Position numbers and translations under genes: made by a program
In this document: positions 9,053 through 21,830 of the stretch, in pieces
Position numbering within the stretch: position 1 is the stretch's first letter
Layout: every line of letters starts with the position of its first letter
Notes under the pieces: generated by a model
The model's input: only the letters and a program-made list of their open reading frames with translations
Told to the model about the DNA's origin: nothing
Database searches by the model: none
NCBI GenBank assembly: GCA_013265495.1
Contig: MU057981.1
Coordinates: forward strand, 205,931 to 269,930
Source: Vicugna vicugna
Lineage: Eukaryota
Direction of reading: 5' to 3'
Length of the DNA stretch: 64,000 nt

Positions 9053-9670
9053 AGAATTTTATCAGATATATGATCTGCAAATATTTTTTGTCATTGGCTT
9101 GTCTTTTCATTTGCTTAGCAGTGTTCAGAAGAGCTTTGAAGAGTCTTCATTTTGATAAAGTTCACTATATAAGTTTCTTTTTTAAATAGGTTATACTTTT
9201 GGTGTCATAGCAAAGAAATATTTGCCAAACCCAAGGTCATAAAGCTTAAGCCTATGTTTTTTCTCCTAGTTGTTTTATAGCTTTAGATTTCCTTTTAAGA
9301 CCTATGATCCATTTTGAGTTAATTTTTGTGTATTTTGTGAGATATGGGTCAAAGTTATTTTGTTTTTTTGCAGATCACTAATTTTTTCAGCACTACTTGC
9401 TGAAAAGATCCTTCCTCTACTGCATCTTTTTTTGATAATAAATTGTCCATATAAGTGTTGGTTTAATTCTGAACATTCTATTCTGTTCCTTTATTCTATT
9501 TTGCTGTTTTACACCATTACCATACATTCTATTGTAGCTTTACAAAAAAAGTCTGAAAATCAGATAGTGTAAGTCTTCCAACTTTGTTTTTCTTGTTTAA
9601 AGTTGTTTTGGATATTTGGGATCCTTTGCATTTTTATATGAAATTTAGAATCAGTTTTTAAATTCCTTAC
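9053..9670 (-). mobile_element. Old L1M-type fragment, right part
   Basis: ttatcagatatatgatctgcaaatatttt, ccaaacccaaggtcataaag, atgatccattttgagttaatttttg are L1 3'/ORF2 antisense motifs. Confidence 0.75.
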
Positions 9671-11619
9671 ATCCTGTTCTGCCAAAATTCCACCCATGTC
9701 TTTGGCCATCTCCAAAGCCACATTTTCTGAAGAAGTCTCCGTACATCCCAGGTGAAAGGAATTTCTCTTTCTTCTGTACTCCATTCACATTTCACAATGT
9801 TTGATTGCATTTATTCATGTTTGGCTGTATGTACTTGTCTGATCTTTCCTGCCATATAGTAAACCTCTCAAGATTAGATATCTTGACTTGGTTCCCTCTG
9901 TCTGCTGAGAAAACTAGTTCTGTGCTTTGCAGGAGTGAGCCCTGCAGTAAGAGGTATCTGCAGCACACATCTAGCTCATTGCTTGCATATTGTCAAGGAA
10001 TCCTGCAGATTTAGAATTGTTTATTGACTGTTGTCTCCAAGATGGCTCAGTCTTTTTTTTTTTCTATTGCTACTGCTGTACTTTCAAAGAAAAATTGGCT
10101 AATTATTTTCCAAATATCAAAATATGCTGTAATTGACTTGTGATGCAAATTATGTGCTGCTGTGTTTTAACAACCTACTTAGTGTTCACATGCACCTTCA
10201 GTCAAAGATCTTTTGGGAGAATGCCATATCCTTAGAGATAGCAATGCTGTCTTTGACTGCCTGAGCAGCAGTATCTGAACCTCTCCTGCTGTACTTCCAG
10301 TGTCCCCTCTTGCCCTCCTCCAGCCCTCCATGGGGGGACCTGCAGTTCTGCCCTTGAAAAGCCTGTTGTTTCTCAGGAAGAATTCCCTATGAAATATAGT
10401 CATATCCTTCTTGTGGGGACATTCAGTCCAGAGACCTAACAGCAGGGGAAAATGTTTAGTCTGCTTTTCTTAGAGCCTAAACTCTTCCATACCTATTAGA
10501 AGCAAATCCAATGAGGAAATTGTGTTGGCATCTAACAAATAAGCATAAATGTCTGATGAGGAAGATCATCTTTCCTATCCCACTCAGGCGTCATGTCGAT
10601 GTGACTCTCACCTTGGCTAACCTTTTCTCCTGTGAGCAACATAAGGTTCAAGACGTTATGAATGGCATTTAGTTTTTCTTCCTTAGTCTTTCCAAATTCA
10701 CTGTGTCTGGTGAGAATTATATGAATCCTGCTTATTTTCAGCCCAGCACTAATCTTTTGTTTAAAGGATCATGTGTTAAAAGGCCAGTGGATAATTTGTT
10801 AGAAGATAGAAATACTCTTTGTTTTTGGTCCTAGAGTTGACTCTTGGTTAGTGGTGAATGAAAATTCCCCTTAGAAATTTAAATACAGTGATATAAAGTT
10901 TTAAAAATAATTAAATATTAGTCAATTTCATTAAACACTATAACAGTTATTTACCTTTAAGCCTGTTTTTAGGGCAATTTTGCAATGATTCCCTCTCTTC
11001 ATTGATTCCCTCTTTATCAGAGTCCTTGAGAGGCCCCTGTCATCACTGTCAGTGTCATCATCATGGAACTGACTCCTCTGGAAGATTCTAGGAAGATAAA
11101 GAGATGGATGGGGTTACGTGTATGTCAGTGTGTGCATATACAATAAGAACAATTATCAGACATTAGATGCAAGATATCCATTTCGTTTAGAGAAGAATGT
11201 GTTCATGAAATCCTGATGTAGTGAATGAAGGAAGTGGTGGGAACAGAATAGTCAATGGAAAGGAGGAGAAAGTGGGTGAAGCTGGGCCTCCTGTGACATG
11301 TTACTGTACATGGCAAAAGGGATGACAGATATTTTAGGACAAAACTCTTAGAGGATTTCTGTCTTCTAAATTGTCTATTAGCCTTTTAAACCCATGATAC
11401 GTTATTAAAGATTAGTGCCAGGCCACAAATAAACAGGATTCATATAATCTCACTAGACTTACTGAATGTAGAAAGACTAAGGAAGGAAAAAAAACCCATT
11501 CATAAATGCCTTGAAACTTAAATTGCTCATGAGAGGAAATGTTACACAAGCTGAGTGTCACAGCCACATGCATAATGTCTGAGTGGGGTGGGTAAAGGGG
11601 ACGCTGAGATGAGACAATA

Positions 11620-12005
11620 AGATGAGTAACCTGGATTGTCCAGGTGGGCCCAAAGTAATCACAGGGGTCCTTTAAAGTGGAGGACATTTCCCAGCTGAGT
11701 TTAGCGTCAAAAGGAGGTGTAGCCATGGAGCGATGTTCAGAAAGGCTGCTGGTCATGAAGATGGAGAAGTCATGGGGCACAAGCTAAGGAAGTTGGGTGA
11801 CCTCTGGAAACTGGGAAAAAAAAAACACAAGGAAACATTCTCTTCTAGACCCTCCAGAAGGAAGGAAAACTGCTGGTACCTTGAATTTAGCCCAAAGAGA
11901 ACTGTGATGGATCTCTGATCACCAGAGCCATAAGGTTATAAATCTGTGCTGGTTTAAGCTATTAAGTTTATGGAAATTTGTTACAGAGGCAATAGAAAAG
12001 TAACA
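11620..12005 (+). mobile_element. MaLR LTR (MLT1D-like), boundaries approximate
   Basis: cctggattgtccaggtgggcccaaagtaatcacaggggtcctt ... ggaaatttgttacagaggcaatagaaaagtaaca. Confidence 0.7.
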
Positions 12006-12326
12006 TAAGGAGTGGTTGTGTAAGGGATTAAAGGTCTAGGCTGGGGTGTGGCGAGGATTCTGACATTTACACCTAAAAAACAACCAGGTGCAGTGGGAAG
12101 GTGTTTAAAGGGAGACCTACCTGGCAGGGCTGTTAAGCCGACTCTTTGGAGTGAGGAGAGAATTGGAGTAGAGGAATCAATTAAATCTTTACCAGAAAAA
12201 TAAGGAATAAAATGTCACAGGGCTTCAGTGTTACTGGATGTAAGAATGGAAATGGGCAGAGAGATATAAACATTACTTTGAAATTAGCTATGTTTGATGA
12301 CTGCATGTTGGGGAAAGTTAGCCAAT

Positions 12327-12685
12327 ATGTGGACTGAATGTTTTCATCCCCTCAAAATCCATATGTTGAAACCCCATCTCCCAGGATAATGGTGTTGGGA
12401 GGTGGGGCCGTTGTGAGGTGATTAGTAGGATAAAAAGAGGTCATGAGAGTAGAACCCTCATGAATGGGATTAGTGCCCTTATAAAGGGCCCCAGAGTACT
12501 TGCTTCTCTCTGCTCTCTGACCCATGAAGATAGTGGGAAGACAGTCATCTTCAAGCCATGAAGGCTATCCTCTCCCAGATGCCTTGACCTTGAAAGTCTC
12601 AGCCTCCAAAACTTGAGGAATATGCTGGTTGTTTAAGCCACCTGACCCATGGTAATTTGTTACAGCATCCCAGACTGACGAATAC
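12327..12685 (+). mobile_element. MaLR LTR (MLT1A/B-like), boundaries approximate
   Basis: tgtggactgaatgt..atatgttgaaacc..ccctcatgaatgggattagtgcccttataa..ggtaatttgttacagca. Confidence 0.75.
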
Positions 12686-12865
12686 TGTAGAGAATGCCTC
12701 TGAGTTTGGAACTGATTGCTGAATGCTGGAGAATTCCCTGGAGAATGCTGAAACCCTGGGAAGTGGGTGTCACATAGGTTAACTCATTTAATCCTGCCAA
12801 CGCAGTAGGAGATAGAGTTTACATATTCCTCACTATTTAAAAGGCAAGGAAAAAGAGTCACAAAT

Positions 12866-12867
<2 letters not shown>

Positions 12868-12948
<81 letters not shown>
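12868..12948. repeat. Perfect (GCA)27 trinucleotide microsatellite
   Basis: 81 bp of uninterrupted CAG/CTG repeat. Confidence 0.97.
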
Positions 12949-12950
<2 letters not shown>

Positions 12951-13767
12951 ATTTTCTCCAAGATTCACACAGAACCCCCTGGAGGCAGAGTGAGAATTTA
13001 TACTCAGGCAGGCTGGCCCCAGAGCTCCTGCTCATAACTACTAAATCAGATCACCTTGCTTATGTGGGTTGATTTTTTTCAACTGTGATATGAGAGTACT
13101 GTGTCCAGTAACTTATAATTTCAAAATACCTCACTATAAGGTTATCGTTAGTCACGGGCATTACAAACCACAGAAAGCTAGACATAGAAAAATAACTCAT
13201 TAGGGCAAGAAAACCACTAATGTTTTTAAACATTATACATGCTGAGTCTTTGCAATAAAATGTTTATTTATAATTCTGTCTGGCTACAGAATAACTTCAT
13301 AATCCTGCATGTGGCTGGTAGACCCCATGTTGGACAGCACAGGCCTAGAGAATTTAAATGACTTATCCAGCCTCGCCCAGGAAACTCGTGGTGGGATCAG
13401 AGCTATAGTCTGGGGCTTTTCCTTCCTATCCAACAAGTCCCTCATGGAGGCTTAGAAGCTTCTTTGGTGCCCAGCTGTCTATCCGTACTTATGACATCTT
13501 GTCAGGCATCACAGCCTGCTCCTGAACATCAGTCAGTACACACTTCTGCCCTTTTCTGGCCAGGTAATACCTCTTAGCAACTTCCATTGCCTCCTTGGCA
13601 TCAGTTCTTATCTGGAAGGGTAGTGGCTAGAGATGGAAATGTGTCCACATGAGCAGAGGGACAGGTTTTTCATAAACAGCTGGAGTGGTCAAGAGAAGAA
13701 AATGTCAGGAAGACGAGTGGAAGCAGGTCATTTAATATACCAAATGGGTACTTTCAATGTATGTTTG

Positions 13768-14290
13768 TGTTATCAAGTCTAAACTTGTTCCGCTCGCACA
13801 TTACAGGCCAATAAATCAGGAGACCAGGTTTTGGGGCAAGAAATAGCGACTTTAATTCAGAAAGCCAGCTGAGAAAATGGCAGACTAATGTCCTGGAGAA
13901 CCATCTTCCCAAGTCAGAATTTAGGCTCTTTTTATATTAAAAAGGGGAAGCGGGAATGCCTGGTTGTTGCAAACTTGGTGTATGAATTCTTTGTTGTTAG
14001 AATCCTTTGTACTGGCAGCTATCTGCCTGGGTCAGATCCCTATAAACCTCCAACAAAACAAATGTTATTTTCTATTCTGTAACGTTATCTTTATATAAAT
14101 GGAAAAGTGTTAATATCCTCCAAATTCTGAGCCTTGAGAATAGGGTCTCCTTTGTATTTCAGGCTCTAGGCAACATTGTTTTACAAAAGGTGCAGAACCA
14201 ACAAGACTAAACCTAGGAAACAGGGCACAGGGTTAAAGTCAGAAGAACAGATCTAATATGGAGTCAGAAGATCTGTTCTGTTTATAACTC
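13768..14290 (-). mobile_element. Solo LTR (ERV1-type, family 2)
   Basis: Same orientation as and homologous to 55468-56008. Reverse complement of 14779-15271. Confidence 0.8.
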
Positions 14291-14778
14291 ATTTCTACTC
14301 CTTGGAAAGCAACTCAATAAAAACTCAATTGGTTTTCCACCAGCCCTTGGCAGGAGTGAGGGAGAGCATGTTATTATATTATGAAAAATATAAATAATAA
14401 AAAAGTTATAAAACAGCACTGGGCACGTAGGAGAGAGTCAATAAATGCTTCCTGGCTTAAAGCAAAAGTGATGGCTCAGTGTTCCCGTGGCTGCTGTATT
14501 TGCTGGGCTAGTTACTCCCTTGCTCCATTACACTTTTTTTAACTGAAAAAGAAATACATGCATATGATTAAAAAATTCAAACAGCACAAAAATACACAAA
14601 TGAAAGTTTTCCCTCATCCTCTGTTCTCTCAGCCCTCCCTGGAGATGCCACTGTTTATTATCCTTTGTGTGCTTTTCCAAATATGCTATGCACATTCCCA
14701 CCTATGTATGTAAATTCCTTTAAAGTTTTACTTATTTTTAACTTAAAGGGATTTAAATCCTTAAGTGGCTTTTGCCCC

Positions 14779-15271
14779 GGTAATAGAAAAGAACAAATCT
14801 GACTCCATATTACATCTGTTCCTTTGACTTTAACCCTCTGCCCTGTTTCCTAGGCTTAGTCTTGCTGGTTCTGTACCTTTTGCAAAACAATGTTGCCTAG
14901 AGCCTGAAATAGACAGGAGAGCCTATTCTGAAGTCTCAGGCCTTTAAGGATATTAACACTTTTCCATTTATATAAAGATAACAAGTTGCAGAATAGAAAA
15001 TAACACTTTGTTTGTTGGAGATTTACAGGGATCTGACCCAGGTGGACAGCTGCAAGAACAAAGGATTCTAACAAGAATTCCTATACCAAGAAGTTTGCAA
15101 CTACCAAGCAAGTAGGAAAGGAGCCTGAATTCTGACTTGGGGAGATGGTTCTCCAGGGCATTAGTTTGCCATATACGTCTGCAGAAACTTGCTATTCCAT
15201 GCCCCATCACCTGGTCTCCCAATTTATTGGCTTGTCCTGCATTAAGGAGAATGAGTTTGAACTCTGTAACA
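14779..15271 (+). mobile_element. Solo LTR (ERV1-type, family 2)
   Basis: (g)gtaatagaaaagaacaaatctgactccatatt ... aatttattggc ... tgtaaca. Inverted relative to 13768-14290. Confidence 0.8.
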
Positions 15272-15560
15272 CTCCTATCTACCTATCAAACTGGGCGCTG
15301 TAATTGAGGACAGCTCTCCCACACCCAGGGGCCTTCTGTGAGCCTTTTATGGGCCCCCGAGGGTGGGGAGTGGTTTACCCTGGAGGGATGGGGACTATGC
15401 ACCAACACTCAGGCAGTCTGCTCTGTCTGGGGCTCTGAACTTATACCTCCCACTCTCTGCCAGCCCAAAACCTGGGAAAGTGCAGCTAAGGCAGAGATCA
15501 TGCCTGCCTGTTTCCCAGCCTGTAAAAGGGGAAATTATACTGTTCCTAAGGTAGTTCTGA

Positions 15561-15598
15561 GCGACAACACCTGCGGGTGCGACAACACCTGCGGGTGC
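15561..15598. repeat. Exact 18-bp tandem duplication
   Basis: gcgacaacacctgcgggt x2. Confidence 0.9.
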
Positions 15599-15929
15599 TT
15601 AGTTCCCAGAGCTACAGGAAACCCAGCTCCACGTGGGGACAATGGTTGTGGTCCCCGTAGGGGTTCTGCAGGGGCCTCGGCTGGAGGGCTGGACCAGGGA
15701 GGTAAAAATCTGAGCTGCAGGCCTTGAAGGGTTAGAGAAGGGTGCAGAGGCAGGACTGCCGCCTCCTTAGGAGTGCCTCCAGAGGTAAAGCTTTTTCTCT
15801 TCATCTCTGCTACTCCCAAACCCCTTCCAGATCCCTCCCTTCTCCTACTTCTGTCCATCTCTCTCCTTGCACTTTTCCCCTCCTCCCCTCCCCCTCCCAT
15901 TTTCTCCCTCTCTTGAACCCAGAGCTGCT

Positions 15930-16740
15930 TGCTGGCCCTCCTGCGCATGCGCAGGTCAGTGCCGGCTGGATTGCGAGTTCAAAGCTCCAACTCCGAGCTG
16001 GGGATTGGCCCCAGAGTCTGCTAGGCTCTGTCGCCCGGTAGGCCTTTGGCTTCTGCCCCGGGCCGGGGCCTCCAGCTGTGGAAATGCAAGGTGGAGGGCT
16101 CTGGGGAAGGGGGTCCACGTGTCATAACCCGCAAGGGTGAGAGCCAGAGCGTGTCCAGCTGAGGGGCTAATGCCAGCCTCCCTCTACCTGGGCCACCTGT
16201 CCCGGCGCACCTGCCACACCTGTCCCGGTGCACCTGCCACACCTGTCAAGGGCCAGGTTGGCATCTGCCGGGGGCCCGGCCACACCCGTCCCCGCCACGC
16301 CCGCACCTGCCGCCTTTCTCCCCAGCCGGGCTCCCCTCAGTCCGCGGCCGGCGTCACCTTCCCCTCTCCCGCCCACGAGTCCTCCCCTCCCGGGCTTCCT
16401 CTCCTCGCCCAGCGACCGGTCCCCGCCCCTGGGCGGGCTGCGTCCCGGGCCGGCGGGGTCTGCGGACCGGGCGGGGGTGGGTGCTGAGGCTGGGACTGGC
16501 CTCCGAGCAGGGCTGCAGCCCTCGCCCCGCGCCGCTTTCCCTGCCCCGTGACCCCGGGGCTGCCCTCCTTTCCCTTTCCCGCTCCCCGAGGTCCAGCTCA
16601 CCGGTGTGGGCGCTGTTTCCCCAGGCTGAGACCCTCCGGCTGTAAAGCCCAGCTTCTCATGGTGGAGTCGGGAAAAGGGAGCGCCAGTGCTGAGAGTGAT
16701 TCTCTCTCCTCCTTCAGTGTTTCTGCCCCAGGTAAGTACC
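15930..16740 (+). promoter_or_regulatory. CpG-island promoter with NRF1 palindrome and candidate first-exon splice donors
   Basis: High GC and CpG. CCTGCGCATGCGCAGG at 15940-15955, GC-box-like motifs, donors ccg|gtaggc (~16038) and cag|gtaagt (16731/16732). Lies 4 kb upstream of the TRAPPC9 exon 2 copy. Confidence 0.75.
16194..16247. repeat. 23-bp tandem repeat (~2.3 copies) rich in CACCTG E-boxes
   Basis: cacctgtcccggcgcacctgcca / cacctgtcccggtgcacctgcca / cacctgtc. Confidence 0.85.
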
Positions 16741-17754
16741 TTTTTCTGGTGTTAGGATGGGGATGTTTGTTGATGTCACATGTTTTTATAGTGTGAGGGA
16801 TTACAGTGTTGAAAGCAGGGCTTGGTTCAGTTAAAAATTAGTTGAAGTCATGACACTGACATCCTCCATCCTCCCCCTCTCAGGGTGAAACATGTGACCG
16901 TCGATTTTAAAAAGATAGTTATAGTCCCTAACTAGCCCAGCCCAGCTAGTGTGTGTTAACAGGAGCAGCACCATCAGAGCCATTTTGGAGATCCCGGAAT
17001 ATTACAGTCTTAAATATCACCTGGCAAATTTTTGTTTTGTTTTGTTTGTTTGTTTTTCTTAAATTGTGGGGCAGACTAGTAGTATAGAGGGAAAAATAGT
17101 TGTCAAGAAATAATTTTTCATAGAACAGCTTTATTGTGATATTGTTCACACATCATTAAGGCCACTCATTTAAATGGTACAATTCAGCAGCTTTTAGCAT
17201 GTTCACAGTGGTGCAACCATTATTATTCCAGAACGCTGTCATCACTTCAGTAAGAACAGTGGAAATGAATGACCTATCCACCCCTCCTGAGTGGTGGTTC
17301 TAAAGAAATTTCTTGGCTGTTCCTGACCATAAGTTAACTTGTTACATTCCATGAAAAATCTGGTAGGAATTCTAATCAGAATTGCATTGAGTCTGTATAT
17401 TAAAAGAGGAAGAATTAATGTCTTTAGGCATAAACTTATTCTACCCATGAATGTATCTGGGACCCTATTTTTCATCTGTCTAGAGGCTGGTCCATGGGAA
17501 GTCCTAATTGTTGGGTCTGTGAATGATGAGATTCTATACATCGTTAGTTGCAACTGTAGCCTTTCACAAAAGAGAAAAGTAATCTCAGTGAAGCCAAGTG
17601 ACTCCCTGATGGTCAGAAAGAGTGACAGCCAGTGCTGGAGTGATCCAGTGGACTTGGTGCTTGCAACCAGAGTTCTCCACCACCTACAGCTAAGGGGATT
17701 ACAGCGTCCTTTTATTTTTTTCATGGTGTTGCTTTTATTTTTACTTATTTTTTA

Positions 17755-18025
17755 AAAATTATTTTTTATTGAAGTGTAGTCAATTTACAGTGTTAGTTTC
17801 AGGTGTACAGCAGTGATTCAGTTATACATACATATTTTTTCAGATTGTTTGTAGTATAACTCATTATAAGAAATTGAATATAGGTCCCTGTGCTGTGCAG
17901 TAGCTCCTTGTCATTTATTTTATATTTATTAATGTGTATCTGTTAATCCCAAATGCCTAATCTGTCCTCCCCCCTTTCCTGCCTGCTAACCACAGTTTGT
18001 TTTCTATGTCCATGAGTCTATTTCT
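17755..18025 (-). mobile_element. 5'-truncated L1 3' end (artiodactyl type)
   Basis: T-rich tail followed by tttattgaagtgtagtcaatttacagtgttagtttcaggtgtacagcagtgattcag...ttttctatgtccatgagtct. Confidence 0.75.
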
Positions 18026-20220
18026 AGCAGCACCGTTTTTGCTAGTAATATATGCTAGTTGGCTGCTTTCAGTTTCAGTAATTCCACCTTATCTGTGGGC
18101 GTTTTTCTTCTGGTGAGCCTGTATGTGGTTTGCACACGTGGTAATAGGGATCTGTATTTGGGAGAACTCCGGGCCTTGTGTAGTGCCTGGCATGGAGCGC
18201 CTGCTGAGCTCATGCTTGAACTGGGAATAACCATAGAAAAGTTTGGAATTTCCACTGCAGTTCAGTTTCTATAACCTGTTTAGCCCACCTTAATGTTGGC
18301 CACACCCATACTGGATAATTTGGTGGAACTTCATGGTGTGGCAGTGTAGAGACAGAGCCTTGTATGCTTCTTCACTTTCCTTTTTCTAACACTCATTCTC
18401 CTGGGACTTCCAGATCCTTCCCCAGCAGTGCCCAGGGCTGGATTGGTGCTGAGCTGAGGCAATATTTGTTAATAAGTCCCTTTCCTCATATCTTCTGAGC
18501 CTTCATTTCCTTCTCTGCACAATGAGGGCTTAGATTAGTTAAATGCTTTTCAGTTTCTTTTAAATCCATGTCTCCTTTTGAGAAACAGAAAACCCAAATC
18601 TCTCCTCCCATCCCAACCGTTCAGATTTTGATACGTCCTCCAAGGAGTGACATAGCTCTTTGTGGAAAGTTGATGTGATTGTGATTCCAGGTGGCACAGA
18701 AAAGACTCTACGGAGATTTATTGCAGGGAGAGGGCAGGAGAGGGGCAGTATGTCACACTCTAGTGTGAGCACTGGAGCAGGGTCTCAGGTTTAAATACAG
18801 CGTCTGACGTGGCCTCTCTCTAATCTTGCACAATGTGATAAACCTCTTTCCCTCAGTTTCTTCATGTGTCAAATTAGGGTGATAATATTTTAGGGTTTTT
18901 GTGAAATATTATACATATAAGCCATTTGTGTCTCAGCAGAAACAAGACCTGTTAGGGAGTCAGGGATTTATTAAAAAAGAAATCTTGTCCATAGCACTCT
19001 GTGTGTATTTTGAAGTTCCTGGAGGGTGCGGGTTGTGTCTAAAGTCCATCATGGGACAGGTGGCCCCTGGGTCTGCATGCCCCAGATTGCCCCTCCTCCC
19101 CAGGCCTCTTCCTCTCAGTCCAGGATTCAGTTCCCCATTAGAATTACACAGAGGTCTTGTGGAAATGACTTTTCATTTTATTGTTTCACCAAGAAGGGCT
19201 GCTGTCATGATCTCTGTGGTCAGATTTTGGTGACCTGAAGGCTATGCAATTGGAGGTTCCTACTTAAGAAAAAGAAAACAAAGTTACAAATACAAAATTA
19301 GACCCAGGGCCATGGCAGGGGCTGTTGGAACTGGGGATCATTAGCTTTGTTAGCTTCAGGTGCAGTGGCCTCTGGCCACGAGTACCCATCCATGTGCTGT
19401 GAATTTGGAGGGACCAGTGGGTTCAATGGGAATGTTTACTGAGTGTATCTCATGGGCTGGACATTGTCCTATTTGTACTGTGTGTTCCTTATTTGAGACA
19501 GTGAGCTCATTTAATCTCAATAGCCTCTTTAAAAAATATTAGACTTTTTATTTTGAGATGTAATGTAGATCACCATGCAGTTGTAACTGATAATATGGAA
19601 AGAGCCTATGGACTCTTTGCCCAATTTTCCTTAATGGTTCCATCTTGCAAAGTTTGGGTACAATTCATGATTGACTCACTAACATTTTGAGGTTTGTGTA
19701 ATTACCCTCATTTCTATTCATGATTAAACTGGGGTTTCAAGAATCACATAGGCCTGCCCAGGTCAGCCACATGGTTAGTGTAGAGTCCAGGAGTGGAACA
19801 TGGGCTTGAGATTTCCAGGCAGTACCATTAAGTGGTCTGTGGCAGGAGGAAGCATTCACTTGCTTGTTTATTCATTCATTCAATAAACATTTCTTGAGTA
19901 ACCTCTGGAGATCAGGTGCTTTCATAGGGCTATCTAATTCTTCAGCAGTACTGAGAATCAGGTAATGTTTTCTTTTTTTAATCTGAGAAAATTAGCTTGA
20001 GAGGTTATAACCCCCCCCAAAGGAAATATAGCTCATAAAGGAGGGATTTGTACAGTCCCCCCTTTTTATGTGGGTGGTACCCTAGGCATTTTACATTTGC
20101 AAACTTCCATAATCCAGATATATTCTTGTAAGGCAAGGATTTTTATTAATTGAAGTATAGTCAAGTTTACAATTTTGTGTCAATTGCAAGGTGGCTTTTT
20201 GAATATTGAATTAAAAATTA

Positions 20221-20342
20221 TTTTTTGAGGGGGGTAATGAGATTTATTTATTTGTTTCATTTTTTTAAATGGAGGTACTTGGGATTGAACCCAGGACCTC
20301 ATGCATGCTAAGCATGTGCTCTACCACTGAACTGTACCCTCC
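20221..20342 (-). mobile_element. tRNA-derived SINE (camelid Vic-1-like)
   Basis: Minus strand ggagggtacagttcagtggtagagcacatgcttagcatgcatgaggtcctgggttcaatcccaagtacctcc with A/B boxes and an A-rich tail. Confidence 0.8.
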
Positions 20343-20775
20343 TCCTCAAGGCAAGTTTTCTTATCCATTATTCTGCAACTTAGGAGTTCAAGTAAATTGA
20401 GTTGAAATCCAGATCTTTTGATCCCACTGTGGTTCTTTTCATTATATTGTGCTGAGGGTTGGGAAGCAGTTCCTTTATTAATTCCTTTATTCAGCATTTT
20501 TTGAGAACTGACTTTGCATCAGGGCCTGGCTAGGAGTTGGAAACAGAAAACAAGAAATGATCCATGTCTGCAGGGGCTGGAAGCCTAGGTCAAGAGCTGG
20601 GTAATGTGATCTGAGCTATGGTAGCCATGTGCAAAGTCTGAGGACAAACTGTACCCTTGGCTTTGCTTGGGCTTCCCCTGCCTTCCGGCTGGTACACACC
20701 AGGTCACCGCATCCCAGAGGGGCCCGCAGCCCACAGCACGTTGTCTACTTTTGTCTCCTCTATCCTCTCAGCAAG

Positions 20776-21346
20776 ACCTGAAACAGGAGCATCCCTGACT
20801 ACGTGCAGTGTGCTGAGAACCACGAGACTCTCCCAGTGGTGGTCCAACCCATGGGAATCATGTCAGAGAGAATTTCTTTTTCATCTATAATCGAATCTCT
20901 TTGGTGAGCCAGATCAGCCCATGCGGCTCCCAGTGGGCACTCTGTATCCACTACAGGCACCACTCTGTGCCAGAGAATGGGTGGAGAGACTTCCAGACCC
21001 ACTGCAAGGTCGTGGGCCTTGTCACCATTACCGACTGCCTCTTGGCCAAGGCCTTTGAGAAGCTCCACGTGCAGAGGAGCTGTATGGCACCATGCTCTAT
21101 GACTCTCAGCTCTTTGTCTTTGGGCTGCATGGGGAGGTAGCCGAGCAGACGCCCACTGACGTGGCCTTCAATCTACGAGGACTGCAGGGTGGTGGAGAAG
21201 AGGATTGAGGACTTCACTGAGTCACTCTTCATCATGCTCAAGTCCAAGTGGCTGGACTGGGCCCCTGACAAGTCTGGGGGCAAGATGCCCCTCGTCTGCA
21301 TCCTGTTTGAGAAGGAGGACTTCATGGGACTGGACCCAGACAGCAG
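20776..21346 (+). pseudogene. TRAPPC9: TRAPPC9 pseudogene, first coding exon (exon 2 equivalent)
   Basis: Start codon is AGG (20785), then [56 protein letters not shown] and [13 protein letters not shown]. At least 3 frameshifts and a 12-nt deletion. Polypyrimidine acceptor upstream, donor ag|gtaagt at 21347. Confidence 0.93.
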
Positions 21347-21576
21347 GTAAGTGTACCTGGAGGCCCGGCAGCCCTGGCTGTGTGCCGGGTTGCTTCTCTA
21401 CATCCAGAAAGTGATCAGCAAGGAGGAGGGCTGTCTTGCAGCCAAAGAGGGAGGTGCAGCCCACCAGTTTTCAGATGTTTAAAAATGAATCCCCCTTTGG
21501 TTCAGAGAGATCCTTTTAGGGTTAGTGTGGACACTTCCTCTTTTCAGCCAGGACCCCTGGTGGGGCCCCTGGAGTT

Positions 21577-21830
21577 GCTGTCCAATAGAGTAGCCACAGC
21601 CACTGATGCTAGGAGCACTGGGGAGGTGGTAGGTCAAATTCATATCAGACAATGAGACTTATCAAGAAAAAAGAATGTAAACTATCTTGTTACTTTCTAT
21701 ATTGATTACATGTCAAAATGATAGTATTTTACATACAGTAGATTAATATCTGTTCTTAAAATCAGTGTCTAGTTTTTTGTTGTTGTTGTTGTTTTTTTAC
21801 ATTTTTAAATGTGGCAGCTGGGAAACTTTC
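21577..21830. mobile_element. Possible hAT-Charlie (MER3/MER33-like) DNA transposon remnant
   Basis: gctgtccaatagagtagccac...ttgattacatgtcaaaatgatagtatttt...tttaaatgtggc. Confidence 0.4.

Noticed and set aside
12784..13035. Poly-cysteine ORF on the minus strand
   Set aside because: It is only the translation of the (GCA)27 microsatellite.
20271..20342. tRNA-Ala-like gene
   Set aside because: Degenerate, has an A-rich tail and multiple diverged copies in the window, so it is a SINE.
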